A program made the translations under genes and the position numbers. From Lama glama (Eukaryota): a DNA stretch of 64,000 bases. The stretch is taken from assembly GCA_028534125.1 (NCBI GenBank), contig CM052816.1, positions 67,892,001 to 67,956,000 of the forward strand, written 5' to 3'. Shown here one piece after another: positions 12,138 to 24,239 of the stretch (position 1 is its first letter; the number at the start of each line of letters is the position of its first letter). The notes under the pieces are model-generated. The model had not been told where the DNA came from and did not search any database. It saw only the letters and a list, made by a program, of their open reading frames with translations.

Positions 12138-12682
12138 TCATGTTTTGAACTGATTGAGGTTCTCAGTAATCAATGTCACTATCATGACCTTCCAAGTAAA
12201 TTTATTAAATCAAAAAAAATTTTTTTTAAATCCAAGAAGTAGGGACTACTTTTGACTCTACAACTCTTCATTGATAAGTTTTTTAACTGGATTTTTGGTA
12301 GAGTTATAAAAAACCTAATGAAAACATGAGATTTATAATCCAGGGTACACTGTTTTGTCTTCAAATATTTGAAAGGACTAAATCATTTACCTTCTAAAAA
12401 TAATCCAAAGAAATTCATAAAGTATGATAATGCATTCAAGTTTTTGTAAGACAATTTTATATAAATTTTTTTCAATAAATCTCTGTAACTAATAACAATA
12501 CTTGGTATTTAACAAAATGATACATTTCATAACAGTATTCTCCTTGTTTATAAATACAGGACACAACAGGATTTGGAAAATCAACCCAGGTGTACTGAAG
12601 AAGGAAGGTTACAGTTGTACTTAAATAGATCTTTCATGCCCAGGGATTAGCATTTATATGAGAAAATATTGGATATGTTCTT

Positions 12683-13233
12683 TAAAAAAAATTTTTTAAT
12701 TGAAGTATAGTCCATTTACAATGTCGTATTAATTTCTGGTGTACAGCATAGTGATTCAGTTATACATATATATTTCTTTTCATACTCTTTTTCATTAGAT
12801 GCTATTGAATACAGTTCCCTGTGCTGTACAGTAGGACCTTGTTGTTTATCTATTTTATATATAGTAGTTAGTATCTGCAAATCCCGTACTTCCAATTTAT
12901 TTTTTCCCACTCCCTTTCCCCGTGGTAACCCTAAGTTTGTTTTCTATGCCAGTGAGTCTCTTTCTGTTTTGTAAGGAAGTTCATTTGTATCTTTTTTTTT
13001 TAGATTCCACATATAAGTGATGTCATATGGTATTTTTCTTTCTATTTCTGGCTTACTTCACTGAGAATGATGATCTCCAATTCCATCCATGTTACTGAAA
13101 ATGGCATTATTTTATTCTTTGTTATGGCTGATTAGTAGTCCATTGTATAAATATACCACAACTTCTTTATCTAATCCTATGTCGATGGATATCTAGGTTG
13201 CTTCCATGTCTTGGCTATTGTAAACGGTGCTGC
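12683..13233 (-). mobile_element. 5'-truncated L1 (about 550 bp) with TSD
   Basis: L1 3'UTR and ORF2 end; TSD ttggatatgttctt (12669-12682) / ttggacttgttctt (13234-13247). Confidence 0.92.
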
Positions 13234-14607
13234 TTGGACTTGTTCTTATGGAAAACCCAAGTTGGCTTGGGTAGTGTGGGCATTGGATACAGACTTCTTC
13301 CATAACAAGACTACTTAAAACCTAGTGTGGGCACTATTCCTATGCAGACTCTCAACCAAGCATTAATCAGATAAAACACTGGTTAGTTTCAAAGATCCAA
13401 TGAAATTAGGGATATAAAGGAAGAGATGGCCTTTTACTGCCAAGCAAGTATTCATTGAGTATGAGTTCCCCGACTTAGGGGAATTTTGAGAGAATTGGCA
13501 CCAGTATTAGCAAGAAGTGCTTTGAGCTTTTCAGATGAAAGGCTTTAGGTGAGTATTAAGTGTGCCTTTTAGAGACTGGCATGAAATTTTATATGAAGGA
13601 GAGTGCTTACTAATTAAAAGATAGGTATTCATTTGTAGACTCATTTTCTAGTTTAATCTCTTATTGGTGCTATAATAAGGGCTAGAAATGTGCCCAAAAG
13701 TTTATGACCAAGGCTCAAAAGTTAAGTTTGCATGTCCTGGATAGACCTATGTGCTTAAAATAATAATAATAAAAAAAGTAATTATGATAAATCCTGTATA
13801 CACCTCATCTTTGCTTAAATGGCTTCAGAGCCTCTACAAAATTTAGCCTTTAGAAACTGCATTTGTTCATTGGCCTCTGACTTATCTGAACATCTGAACA
13901 CTTTAGCAATGACAGGAACTTACAGGACCACAGTATTAATTAGACATTGTCGTTGTTTGGAGCATACCTGTTGGAGAGGAGGAGAGAGGAAAGCTAATTT
14001 TTTTTTTAATGTAGCTTGGATGGCCACAAATCTTCCAACTCCTTTTATTTCTAAGCCAATCCTGTATCAGCCCTGGAGGTTATTACTATAAAGTCCCCAC
14101 AGGTTAATGTTTCCCTTTGTCTATTGTTTATTTTTAAATGACCCAGGCAGTGGCTCAGAAAGGAATGCAATTCACATAAAACATTTTCCCACATTAAACA
14201 ATTAAACATGATTTGGGGTGGGAGAGAGAGAAAGAGAGCAAGAGAAGGAACCTTGAATTTTAAAGAAACTTTTATAGAAATTTGGTTGGTATTTTTCTTT
14301 GTGGCTATAAATAGAAAGTCAAGGACATGTTAAGTGCCATAGCCCAGGGCATACAGTATATGGGAGCCACTAGGGATAGGTATGGACTGATGGGGTCATG
14401 ATATACTACAGTACATGATTTGTTAAAAGCCACGTTTTGATATTATTTATTCTGGGACCCTGGCTTCAAAGACTATCCATAGAGGCCATCTGCCAGCCTC
14501 TTCTTTCTCCCAGCTGTTTTCACTTTCTCTCCTTATAATTCTCACTTTTGTTATTCAAAGAGGCACTCAGTGGACTTCTCAGTTACCTCTGCAGCTCATC
14601 CATGTGG

Positions 14608-14990
14608 TGTTAATTAAGGTAATGATGGCTGCTGTAATAAACTCACCCCCAACTGTAAACTGTCTTGAACACAAGAGACGTGTTTTTTCTTGCTGATGTA
14701 AAGTCTAAAACAGATGTCCTGAGTGACAGAATTCCATCCTCCAAGCAGTGATGCAGAAACTGGAACAACTTTGTCTTGAGGCTTCACCATCTTCAATATG
14801 TGGCATCCAAAGTCACTGCTGGCATGAGCATTTACCCTCTGGATTAGAAAACAGCCCAGAGGAACACAGGTGAGTGCCTGGTCTGGGAATGACCCACATC
14901 ATTCTTTCATATTAGTTTGGCTAGAGTTTGGTCACATGGCCAGACTTAATTGCAAAGGAGTCTAGAAGAGGTCGGATTGTTATGTGACCA
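14608..14990 (-). mobile_element. MaLR LTR (MLT1J-like)
   Basis: 'gctgctgtaataaactcacccc...caccatcttcaatatgtggc...ttggctagagtttggtcacatggccagacttaattgcaaagg'. Confidence 0.8.
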
Positions 14991-15124
14991 GACAACTTAG
15001 CTTGGGTACTTTCTCCAGCTTTGATTCTGCGGTTCCTTTTCTTTCCATCAGTTCTTCGAAGGCACCTTTATTGCTCCTCTTCTTATGTCTATTCAGGAGG
15101 GAATACAATTGACTCTCCTTAATT

Positions 15125-15318
15125 TATTTGTTTCTTATTTGTTTCTTTAGTATTTATTTACTGACTAAATTGTGGTATACAACCATCACCACCATCCATC
15201 TTCATCACTTTTTTATCTTGCAAAACCAAAACTCTGTACCCATTAAACAATAGCTCCCCATTCCTCCCTCCTCCCAGCCCCTGGCAACCACCACTTTCCT
15301 TTCCATCTCTATGCACTG
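15125..15318 (-). mobile_element. L1MB-like 3'UTR fragment
   Basis: 'caaccatcaccaccatccatc...actctgtacccattaaacaatagctccccattcc...ccctggcaaccacc'. Confidence 0.85.
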
Positions 15319-15330
15319 ATCTTTTTGTAT

Positions 15331-15414
15331 CTTAACAATCCCCAGAACATCACACTGGGCCATCACACTGATGACATCATGCTAATTGGATCTGATAAAC
15401 AGGAGGCAGCAAGT
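15331..15414 (+). mobile_element. ERVL pol fragment covering the RT catalytic motif
   Basis: Translates LNNPQNITLGHHTDDIMLIGSDKQEAAS, compared with ERVL pol IPQNITLVHYIDDIMLIGPDEQEVAS. Confidence 0.85.
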
Positions 15415-15561
15415 GTTCCCCCCTCCACTCCAACCACCCCAAATGGGCTTTCGGTTGATGCTTCTCTTTAATCTCCAGATGAAACATAAGCTTCTGTCTA
15501 TGGTCTCTCAAACCCTCTGCAGGCTGCCTCACTCTAGTTCTCTGTCCTCAACCACCATTTA

Positions 15562-15750
15562 GGTAATAACACTTACAAAACACTTTTGAACTGGTAGAGC
15601 AATTTCTCATACGATCATATAAATTTCATAAACATCTGAAAGACAGGCATCATTCATGACATTTAACCCATATGGAAACAGATCCAGAGAGAAAAGTGAC
15701 TTTTCCTAGGTCACACAGAATATACAGGATGAAGACTTGGGCTCAAATTA
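15562..15750 (-). mobile_element. MIR SINE
   Basis: 'ggaaacagatccagagagaaaagtgacttttcctaggtcacacag'. Confidence 0.7.
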
Positions 15751-16139
15751 TACAGAATAAAGGCTTAAGCTCAAAGCCTATAACTCTTTTGAGTTTCTTA
15801 GGGCTCTCAGTTTTTTCCACCTAGACCATCTGTTGCAAATACTTATTCCTGCTGTCTTCCTTTTTCTCACTCCTCCTGCCTTTTACCTCCCCTATTGTTT
15901 CTGCTCAAAAACGTAGAGCTCCTTCATGCCCTGCCATCATCTTTAAACACAAGATTTCACTGAATGGAAGGGAGTGACCTTGGAAGGAGCATAAGCTGCA
16001 TGGCTCAAACTGAAATGGTGAAAAGATTTGTTGACTGGTTATTTATTTATTTTTTACCCTAGTGGAGGAAAACTAATGTATGTGCAGAATATGAACTAAA
16101 TGCATTACATAAATAAAGAGGAAGAGAGATAAATAAAAA

Positions 16140-16880
16140 ATTAATCCACCACTCAGCTAGCAGTTTTGAGTACCAGCTAGATAAACTTTTGTTTGGAGTT
16201 GTGAACAATTTAAAGAATGAATGTGAGCCCCTGCTCTCAAGGAAACTTAGACTAGCAAGAGAGATAAGACTAAGGTCTAGACAATGATGATAAAACAGGA
16301 AAACATTTTTCCTTCAGCAGAAAGTGCAAGGTTCACAAGTTACTTCAAATCATGACTAACAAGAATATACTCAACTGGAGAGGCCGAAGGTCAAGCTAAT
16401 GAAGGAAGTGAAAATTTGAACTGGTCTTTACATTCGTTAATATAATTATTAACCTGACAATCTAAACACCAGTTTACTGCTGGATATATGTTAAAGAACA
16501 TACATGCAGTCCCTATCTTCAAGGAATTCATTACCTAGTAAAGAGGAAAGTCACCCCACTGATGACTACACTGTAAGGATTTACTGACAGTGGGGATAAG
16601 TGGTAGGAAGGAAAAGTACAAGGTGTATCAGAATGTAAAATAGGAAGATACAATAGGGTTTGCACTAAACGGATGGGATTTGAATATACTGAGAGAGAGA
16701 GTGGGTAGAGGGAGACATCTAGGTGGAAGGAGGGAAGCATCGAATGACACAATAGGACAGTGTAAGTTGGGTTGGAATGGAAGATAGGACAAGTGTTAGT
16801 ACCAGTCTCAGGAGAGGCTCCTCGGATGTCAAGAATCTGCACTTGATTTGTTAGAAAATGAGGAAACCCATGAAGGTTAA
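16140..16880 (-). mobile_element. L2 fragments (two pieces)
   Basis: 'gcccctgctctcaaggaaacttagactag', 'cagtccctatcttcaaggaattcattacctagt', 'gaatctgcacttgatt..tagaaaatgaggaacccatgaagg'. Confidence 0.6.
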
Positions 16881-19411
16881 GGTAATCAAGGAGAACACTT
16901 ATGACCCAGACCAAGAACGAGGCCACATGAGAAGGAAATACATAGCCCTCGTTTTTGTACATCAAGACATCCTGGTCCATGTGAGAGGCAAGACAACACA
17001 AGATCAGCAGCAGCAGACCAGGTGGAATCATGGTACCTTTCCATGGAAATCCTTTCTGTGGCTCATGACTGAAAGTCTTGATCTGTTTGCTCAATTCACA
17101 GTGGAAAGGCTAGAGGCAGGATCTTCAAAAGTGGATCAGGAAAGAGCTGGGAGGAATGTATTTTCATATTCATGCAAATCTACAGATGAAAGGGGAGTGC
17201 TTCCCAGCACATCCCAGGGCAGTGCAAGAAACAGCCAAGAGGAACCCTCTACTGTTTGTTTTACATCTTGGACAGGACAGAAAGGAGACCTTTCTCTGGA
17301 TCCCAAGAATTTTTCTTTCTTTGTCCTCCTCAAGTAGAGTGGTTTGGCTGGGCCCAGTCTGGCTCTGTTCTGCTACAATGGACACAGCAATTTTGAAGTG
17401 AGACTATTTACCAAATGCAGAGAGGCACACCCCACCAGAGGGAACAGCACCAGGTATCCCTGTACAGTTCTTCCTGAATGTCTTCGTTAGCAAAGTTACA
17501 TCTGGCACACAGACCCTACCAACCACTCTCTGCATTCCTTACCAACCCAAACCCACCAGTGGGCAGAGCAGTAAGATGGCTGGCCACCATCCAGATGGTT
17601 AACAACAGAGGCAATTATTATGCAGCCGTTAATCTTGTCAGTTACACATTAACCCAGGTGAGTAAACTGAAGCACTATCCACTTCTATTTTTCCCCTTCT
17701 CTTTCTCTGCCTTTTTTACCCTAGAAAATAAAAAAGAGACTGCATTCTACTACTTTCTCAACATTATCACTGCTTCCACTTTTCCATTTATGGAAACAAT
17801 CATACCAATATGGAAATTCCTTTAACATGAGTATTGATTTTATCTTTCATTTTTTGGTGGTTTCTAATACATATGAAACTCTAGTGGGTGCACAGGAAGC
17901 TGATTTTTTTGTGTGTGTGGTATTTTTAAAAAAATTAACTTAATGGTTCCTTTCCCATCTTGAGCTCTCTAGCTGAAAGGACCATATTAATATAAAATAG
18001 CATCCTGGTTAGGGAATAAAATGATCAGTAATGCAGGCTTATTACATGTTTTGAAATCTCCTTTGAGTATGCCTGTTTATGAGTAACTATTTCCCATTCA
18101 TCTTCATCTAGGTAGATGCCACCCAAAGACATTCTTGTCCATTTGAAAACCAATAGGAGTTACCTTTGTGGTTAAAGTTGATTAAAGAAAAAAAAGTGAG
18201 GAACAGTTCCAGAAGCAATTAAACATAGCACTGTTCAGGGCAGAGTTTTTCTTCACTGCCTGTAGCTTTTCTTCTTCCTATGTTCATGCTCCCTTGAGTG
18301 CCCTTGACCTCTCCTTTCCCTCCTCCTTTTCCAAAAGCAGCTCTAGGAAATGACCCATGTCAGTCATTTATCCCCTTATGTGTATTAATCCAGAGAATGC
18401 TTAGTCCTGCTATGTTTACCCTGAAAGCCTTATCATTAATTGTGGAATGAAAGGAATTTCAGGTATCAAATCACAACTCAGAGTTCAAGTTATCAAGTTC
18501 TGTTCACACAGAGGTCTGAAAAAATAATTTCTTACTGAAAGGAGGGCAGTTTTTGGCAGTCTCTCTTCCCAGACTCTAGAGGTGACCAGTCTCTGCTCTC
18601 CCCCCTTTGTGGATCCACCCTCGGAAGAGAGGGTATGAGATTGGGGTGGGTGGGACCTATAGCACAGAGAGATTCCTAAAATGTTGCTTGATAAAAGTGT
18701 TTGAGACCTATTCCAGTGGACCCTAGTAACTGTCAGTGAATCAGGAATGTGAAAAAGGTCTGACATATACGTGACAGAAATCTGTTGATCTACCAGTATT
18801 TATTAAAAATCTATTCTGTGAAAGGTCCTATGCCAGTTTTTTAAAAAATTCCTTTTACACTTCCTACTCTTATAATGGGAAATGTTTCTAGTGGGTTTGA
18901 AAGAATATTGCAGCAATTTCTTTCAATTTTGAAGACACATATCATCAGTAAATCTAGAAACATTTTTCATTTTTAGGGGAATACCTAGAAGCAACTGACA
19001 TAGCGTCTGACTTCTAGCTAGGAGGTCCTCAACAAATACTGTTATTATTGTTGACATTGTTACTTTTTATCACTACTAAATCATTGTGTCTGTAGACCAT
19101 AATGATGTCCCAGTTGTACATGCAATTTGGGCAGCCTATTTGTTGCAGATCAAGGGTTTCTCCATTATTTTGTTTAATCATTGAAGTTCAAGGTTTTATT
19201 TACTTTTGTTTTTTTCAAATTCTGGTAAATTAATTATCTCCATCTCATTAGGGTTTTTCTCTGAGGTTTTGTCTTATTTCATTTTAAACATATTTCTCTG
19301 CTTCCTCATTTTGCTTGACTCTTTGTGTTGCTTTCTATGCTGTTAGACAAAACAGCCACCTCTCCCAGTTTTGAAGGAATGGCCTCTTGTAGGAGATGAA
19401 CCTCATGGTTG

Positions 19412-19988
19412 TGTTGCAGAAAAAAGTATTACAGCTTGGTGTTACAGCTCAGTTGTGACAGCAACCTGGATTGGGGCGAGAGACCAAGCAGCACTCAGAG
19501 AGCTGGAGAACTCAGGTTTATTACACCAGTGTACCCAGAGCATTTAACACTCTAAGCTCTGGACCCCGTCTGGCGGTTTACACAGGCTTTTACAGGCTGC
19601 CAGTTTTACACTTGGCAACATCATATGCAAATAAAGTATAACAGAAGTTGACCAACTAGGAACAAGCTTTATAGAAATAGACCAATCAGGAGTGAGAGAA
19701 ATAACCAGTCAGGAGTGAGCTCCATGCAAATGAAGTGCTACAAATGGACCAATCAGAAGTTAGGGAAGTGGACCAATCAGAAGTGAGAGCAATAACCAAT
19801 CAGGAGTGAATAAAATAACCAATCAGAAGTGAGCTCAGGGAACCAATAGAATTTTATGAGTAAGTAAGCCATTTCAGACGTAAAAAGTGAGATAGAGACT
19901 CAGAGTCAGGGAACCGGATGGTGCCGGTATGAGCGTAGCAGCCTTGCTTGGAGGGCCTGCTGGTCTTTTTATGAGGCTTCCCGCCTCA
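19412..19988 (-). mobile_element. Solo class I (ERV1-type) LTR with CCAAT array
   Basis: TG...CA termini on minus strand, 4-bp TSD gttg (19408-19411 / 19989-19992), AATAAA on minus at 19517-19522. Confidence 0.9.
19650..19850. repeat. ~23-bp tandem unit 'accaatcagRagtgag' (6 intact CCAAT plus 2 variants)
   Basis: CCAAT at 19682, 19749, 19773, 19796, 19819, 19843; octamer atgcaaat at 19625 and 19724. Confidence 0.9.
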
Positions 19989-20199
19989 GTTGAACCGTGC
20001 CCTAGCTCTTGGTTGTCTCTCAGATCTTTAAGATGGTTCTTAAATAGCCGACTATTTTATGGTTAATGGTTCCCTGTAGTTGAGGTTTGTGTCAAGTCCC
20101 GTCAGTGTCCCAAAGGGGAGAATCTCAGTCAGTGCTTAGATTCAGGCTGACTGAAATCCAGACCTTTGGGCTGCAGCTTTTAAAGTATGCACATACACA

Positions 20200-21230
20200 C
20201 AATCCCGCAGGCTGGCAGGCGTAAGGCCCCCTGGCCACCAGAGCCAGGCGATCTGGAGGAGCCTCCTGGGGGCTCCAGACCAGTGTATGTGCTCCTTCCT
20301 GGGAGATCACGGGCGGAGGCAGAGGGAGAGCGCAAAGATGGCGCCCAGCAGCCGCTGCTCCCGCGGGCCGCTCTGCAGAACTCTGGCTGTGTGGCAAAGC
20401 GAACCTGCCCCTCAGGTGAGGCTCCAGGACTGGCAAGTGGGCGTCCCTCACTGTGTTTCAGTCCACAGTCTGTGCAGTACACTGGGGCAGAAGCCTGCCA
20501 AGAGCTGTCTCTGATCGTTACAATCCGCTGGGACCCAGGAACGCAAACCCCCCTGGCCACCAAAGTCAGGTGGTTGGGGCATCCCCTGGGCAGCAGCTGC
20601 CAAACCAGGACGCCAGACGCCATAAAAGCCCTCACCCCAACCCCGCCGCCTCTCGCCCACACCCCAGAGACCCTGGTGTGACACACAGGGAGCGTGGAGG
20701 TGGCGCCCACCTCCTGGAGCCTGGGACAAGGCAGAGGGAGAGTGTATAAACGGTGCCCTTAGGAAAAAAAAAAGGAAAAAGAAAAGAAAGTGAGTCTAAA
20801 GAAAAAAAGAAAAATCCTTGTTTAAAAAAAACAATGGCGTCCGCTGACTAGAACGAAGCTGTGAAGATGGCGCCTGCAGCCAGCCGGCCTCCGAGGGGCG
20901 CCAAATTCAGCGCCTGCTCCTGAGAGCAGCGCTTCAAGATTAGAAAATGAGCCTCATTCACAGCTGTCTGGGTGCCTCCGATCAGCCGCCGACCCCCGGG
21001 GCAGGTGAGTCCACAAGCCAGCCCTCTAAGGGTGGTTTCTCAGATGGGCACATCCTTGTGGAGCTCAGGGGCGCGCGCCCCCTTGGTTTTCAAAGCTAGA
21101 TGTTTTGGGGGCTTGTATCTCGGGTGCTTGTCTTCAAAGTTGGGGTGCCTTACGTGGGGTTCAAATCCTTCCCTCCTCAAGGGGAGCTCTGGGTTTTGAG
21201 TTCCCTCATGACTGTGGGTCCACCTCGCAG
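20200..21230. promoter_or_regulatory. CpG-island-like segment inside the L1 5'UTR
   Basis: Most GC- and CpG-dense stretch of the window; YY1-type aagatggcg at 20335 and 20864. Confidence 0.55.
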
Positions 21231-22164
21231 GTGGTAGGGTTTCTGGTGAGACTGTGTCCCAGAGTTTTCTACCCTTTGATGTAAGCCTTCTCTCCTTTGT
21301 TTGCCTGATACATAGAGTCACTCAGTTTTTAGGTGTTTTGTTTTTTTTCCCCAGAGGAAGTTGTTCCACATTTAGCTGCAAATTTAGTGTCTGGGAGGAG
21401 GTGAGCCCAGGATCCTCCTAGGTCACCATCTTGAACAGAAACCGGTGTTTCCAATATTTGTTTCATAATACTGTACAGACTTTGAACATCATTCATTTGA
21501 CTTGAGAATAGTGGAGCAGGAGGATGAGAGATGCATAGAGATGATGTTCATGATTATGTTGATCTTTTTCCCCTCGTTGAGGGACTGAATCCTGTATGTC
21601 ACATTATTAACTTACCCTTTTGCAATAAAACTTGATGAATAACCTCAAAACATGTTTTGGTAGGCTGAGTTTCCCCACTGTCATGAAGTGTCCCTTAAGA
21701 ATTCTTATATTTTGATTTTTCTGAAACATACTATTAGAAACAGGATAAATTTTTCTGGGTAGAGTCAACCTTGCATCACAGATGACACTGGCACAAGTCA
21801 GACACATTCCATTCAGAGGCATTCTACATGGCTAAAGACAGTGCAAAAGTGCAATTTTTTTCACTTATTTGCTTTTTGGTAGGAATTGTGTTATGTTGAC
21901 AGATAAGTTAACTGCTGCCAAGACTGAAAAGTTCTTTAAAAAAAAAAAAGCCAAGATCACCTGGTAAATTTATAGCATATTGGTGCTTTAATTGATGTAA
22001 ACTACTGTATAGAGGGAGAATTTAATTTGGTCCAGCTGTGACTGAATTCTAGAACAGCTAAGTGGCCAGGTCCCCTCCTGCATCCAATTTTCCTGGGGGA
22101 AGATTCCTGCTTCCAGGGAAAGGCTGGATGATCTCTCTGCAAAAATCTCCCTGCTTCCATTTTT

Positions 22165-22775
22165 GCCGTTTCTGTGGTCCATTCTCTCTGCACAGAAGCC
22201 AGAGTGATGTTTAAGAAAGATAAAATCAATTATTTCACTCCCCTGTTTAAAACTCTCCCAGGGCTTCTCACAACACTTGAATAAAATCCAGAGTCTTAAC
22301 CCTAACCCTCAGAAAGCCTCAGGACCGATTCTTTGACCTCCCCTTGGTTGTCTTCTTATGCTGTTTCCTCTTATCTGCCTTACTGTGGGCCCAGTGGCCT
22401 TCCTTTGGCTTCTGGAGTGATTAAATTTGTTCCTGCCTTGGGTCCTTGTCTCTACCTGCTCTTTCTGTTAGCGATGTTCTTGTCACTTACCTTTTCCTAG
22501 GTGGCTCCCTCTTATCAGATTTCCCTTACTCAGAGATACCTTCTTTGATTGCCTAGTTTACGTGGTAACCACTTTATCCCTCTATTTTAAATTATCTGCA
22601 TTATACTTTTCACTCTAAGTTACTTTTCATGTTTCTTTATTGTCAGTCCCCTCCCCTTCCCAGAATAAAAGCTTCCTGATTATAGGGACTTTGCCTAGTT
22701 TATGAATCTCTAATTTTACTCCCTAGAACAATGCCTTGCTCATAGAAGGCCCTCTAAAAATGTTGTTAAATAAAT
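22165..22775 (+). mobile_element. L2a 3' region
   Basis: 'tccattctctctgcacagaagccagagtgat...cactcccctgtttaaaactctccca' through to 'ccctagaacaatgccttg...tgttgttaaataaat'. Confidence 0.85.
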
Positions 22776-22811
22776 AATGTTTGATGGAGGTAACAATACA
22801 GACCATAGAAC

Positions 22812-22915
22812 ACCATTATGAGGATTAAATGAGATAATGTCTATAAAGTACTTAAATAGACACTAATAGAAACTGGTATATAATATGCTCAATAAATGAT
22901 AACTATTATTATTTT
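22812..22915 (+). mobile_element. MIR 3' part
   Basis: 'atgaggattaaatgagataatgtctataaagtactt...gctcaataaatgataactattatt'. Confidence 0.8.
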
Positions 22916-24239
22916 TGTTGTAATTATTATTTTGTAGTTTCTTTGCTGATTTCTGCCCCCTCCCCAATCTTTATAACTGGGAAGTTCATTTTTTGATGTA
23001 ATACAGCTCCTTCTCCTACAGTTATATAATTTTCCTCTTTGTGAGTCACAAAGAGTTGTACTTTTGAAATATTAAAAAATAGCAAGTTTAGCCCTTGGCA
23101 TTCTCTTAAGTTAAAAAATTCCTTCTTATTAAATTAAATAATTCTGATTCTGTTCATCTTTTCTTATATTTGGAGAAGTGACTTAAAAAATTCTTGTGTT
23201 ATCCCTGCCAGAGCCTTGTGTTAGGGTTACTGAATGGAGCCACTACCACACACTAATTAGAAAATTCCTGTACAGCTCTAATTTGTCCAGACATAAAGAA
23301 AGCTGCCCACACAATTTTCCCTTGAAAATGACAACTTTGCAAAGTAGTTACACCTACTCTTAAGGGACAGGAGTTTCTTGAATAGACACTCTCATATGCA
23401 CTTAAAAAAAAAAACAAATAAATAAGGGGTCTAGTCTTAATTCAACTCTCAGTTTATGAGCTATTTTTAGAGTGCTCCCTCCACTGCACTTAGCTTCACC
23501 AGTCATAAGAAAGTCATAATAATCGAAGTTAGAATCTATGAAATTATTTCATATCCAAAGTAAGTACTATTATATTCCAAAAGGAAGTTAGAAGTGATCT
23601 GGTCTGGGTCTTTCAGCATATGCAGAAGGTACCTATTTTCTGAGTTTTCTTTGTGTTTCATTTAGACCCTAAGGATGGAAAGAACTATGACTGCCTTATC
23701 TTTCGATTCTTTGTACAGGATTCCATCTGAGGGCCTTTGACTTTGATAGAAAGCACTGATTAGTTCATTAAAAAAAGAAAAAATCACATACAAATATCCT
23801 CAGTATGTCAGAGGAGTTGATGGGGACTTTTGAAACAATCTGAACAATTTATGTTATAGAATTCCAGAATAGGAAGGGAATTTGTCAGCTCACTCTGGGT
23901 GTGGCCATACTTACTCATATTTGGCTATTTTCCTAAATTCTTTCTCTAAATGGAATGTACATTTGAAGAAAAGAGAAAAAAATAAGAACATATAAAGGCA
24001 TTACAAATGCCAGTTTATCCTTTTATGTTTATATTTTTCCCCCTTCACAATAAAGCCAATTTTGCTTTTTCTTTTCACTTCTCATAGAATTTTTCAAAAA
24101 TTGTAAGATTAAAGTCATTTTAAGTCTGAAATCCTGTAGAGAATTCATGATTGCAGCCTGACTAGCACTGCTATTTTGTAATGGAAATTTAAACATTAGA
24201 GGTAGTGAAAGGACAATATTGATACTGTGAAGCACCAAA

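Larger units (their letters stand above)
19193..21445 (-). mobile_element. L1 5'UTR plus first ~30 codons of ORF1, 3'-truncated, interrupted by an LTR
   Basis: Minus strand starts 'gttcaagatggtgacctaggaggatcctgggctcacctcctccca' (laurasiatherian L1 5' end); ATG at 19309 gives MRKQRNMFKMK*DKTSEKNPNEMEIINLPEF, an L1 ORF1 N-terminus. Confidence 0.85.

Noticed and set aside
16890..17050. Likeness of PGLLLLIL...LMYKNEGYVFP...WV to SLC6 transporter C-terminal helices
   Set aside because: Driven by hydrophobic composition, needs gaps, and no other SLC6 sequence is nearby
18536..18656. 121-nt segment as the coding link between E2 and the 11.4-kb segment
   Set aside because: Phases fit, but the required frame contains a TAG and the donor is only moderate
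19650..19850. Regularly spaced repeats resembling a CRISPR array
   Set aside because: Units are nearly contiguous with no unique spacers, lie inside a TSD-flanked LTR, and there are no cas genes in this mammalian DNA
20125..21321. Several long overlapping ORFs (up to 176 aa)
   Set aside because: Explained by the GC-rich, stop-poor L1 5'UTR; no recognisable protein
7376..21831. Faint collinear likeness of minus-strand segments to PH-BEACH proteins (for example CLENLFKELFQVFF versus DFKELIPEFY)
   Set aside because: Needs several assumed frameshifts, and core motifs such as WIDLIFGYKQ and FGQTP are absent; a frameshift-aware HMM search would settle it
24029..24238. ORF ending KKKQNWLYCEGGKI, similar to the end of the 10875 ORF (KKKSIYCIEGKI)
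   Set aside because: The nucleotide alignment is poor and limited to A-rich sequence; likely chance
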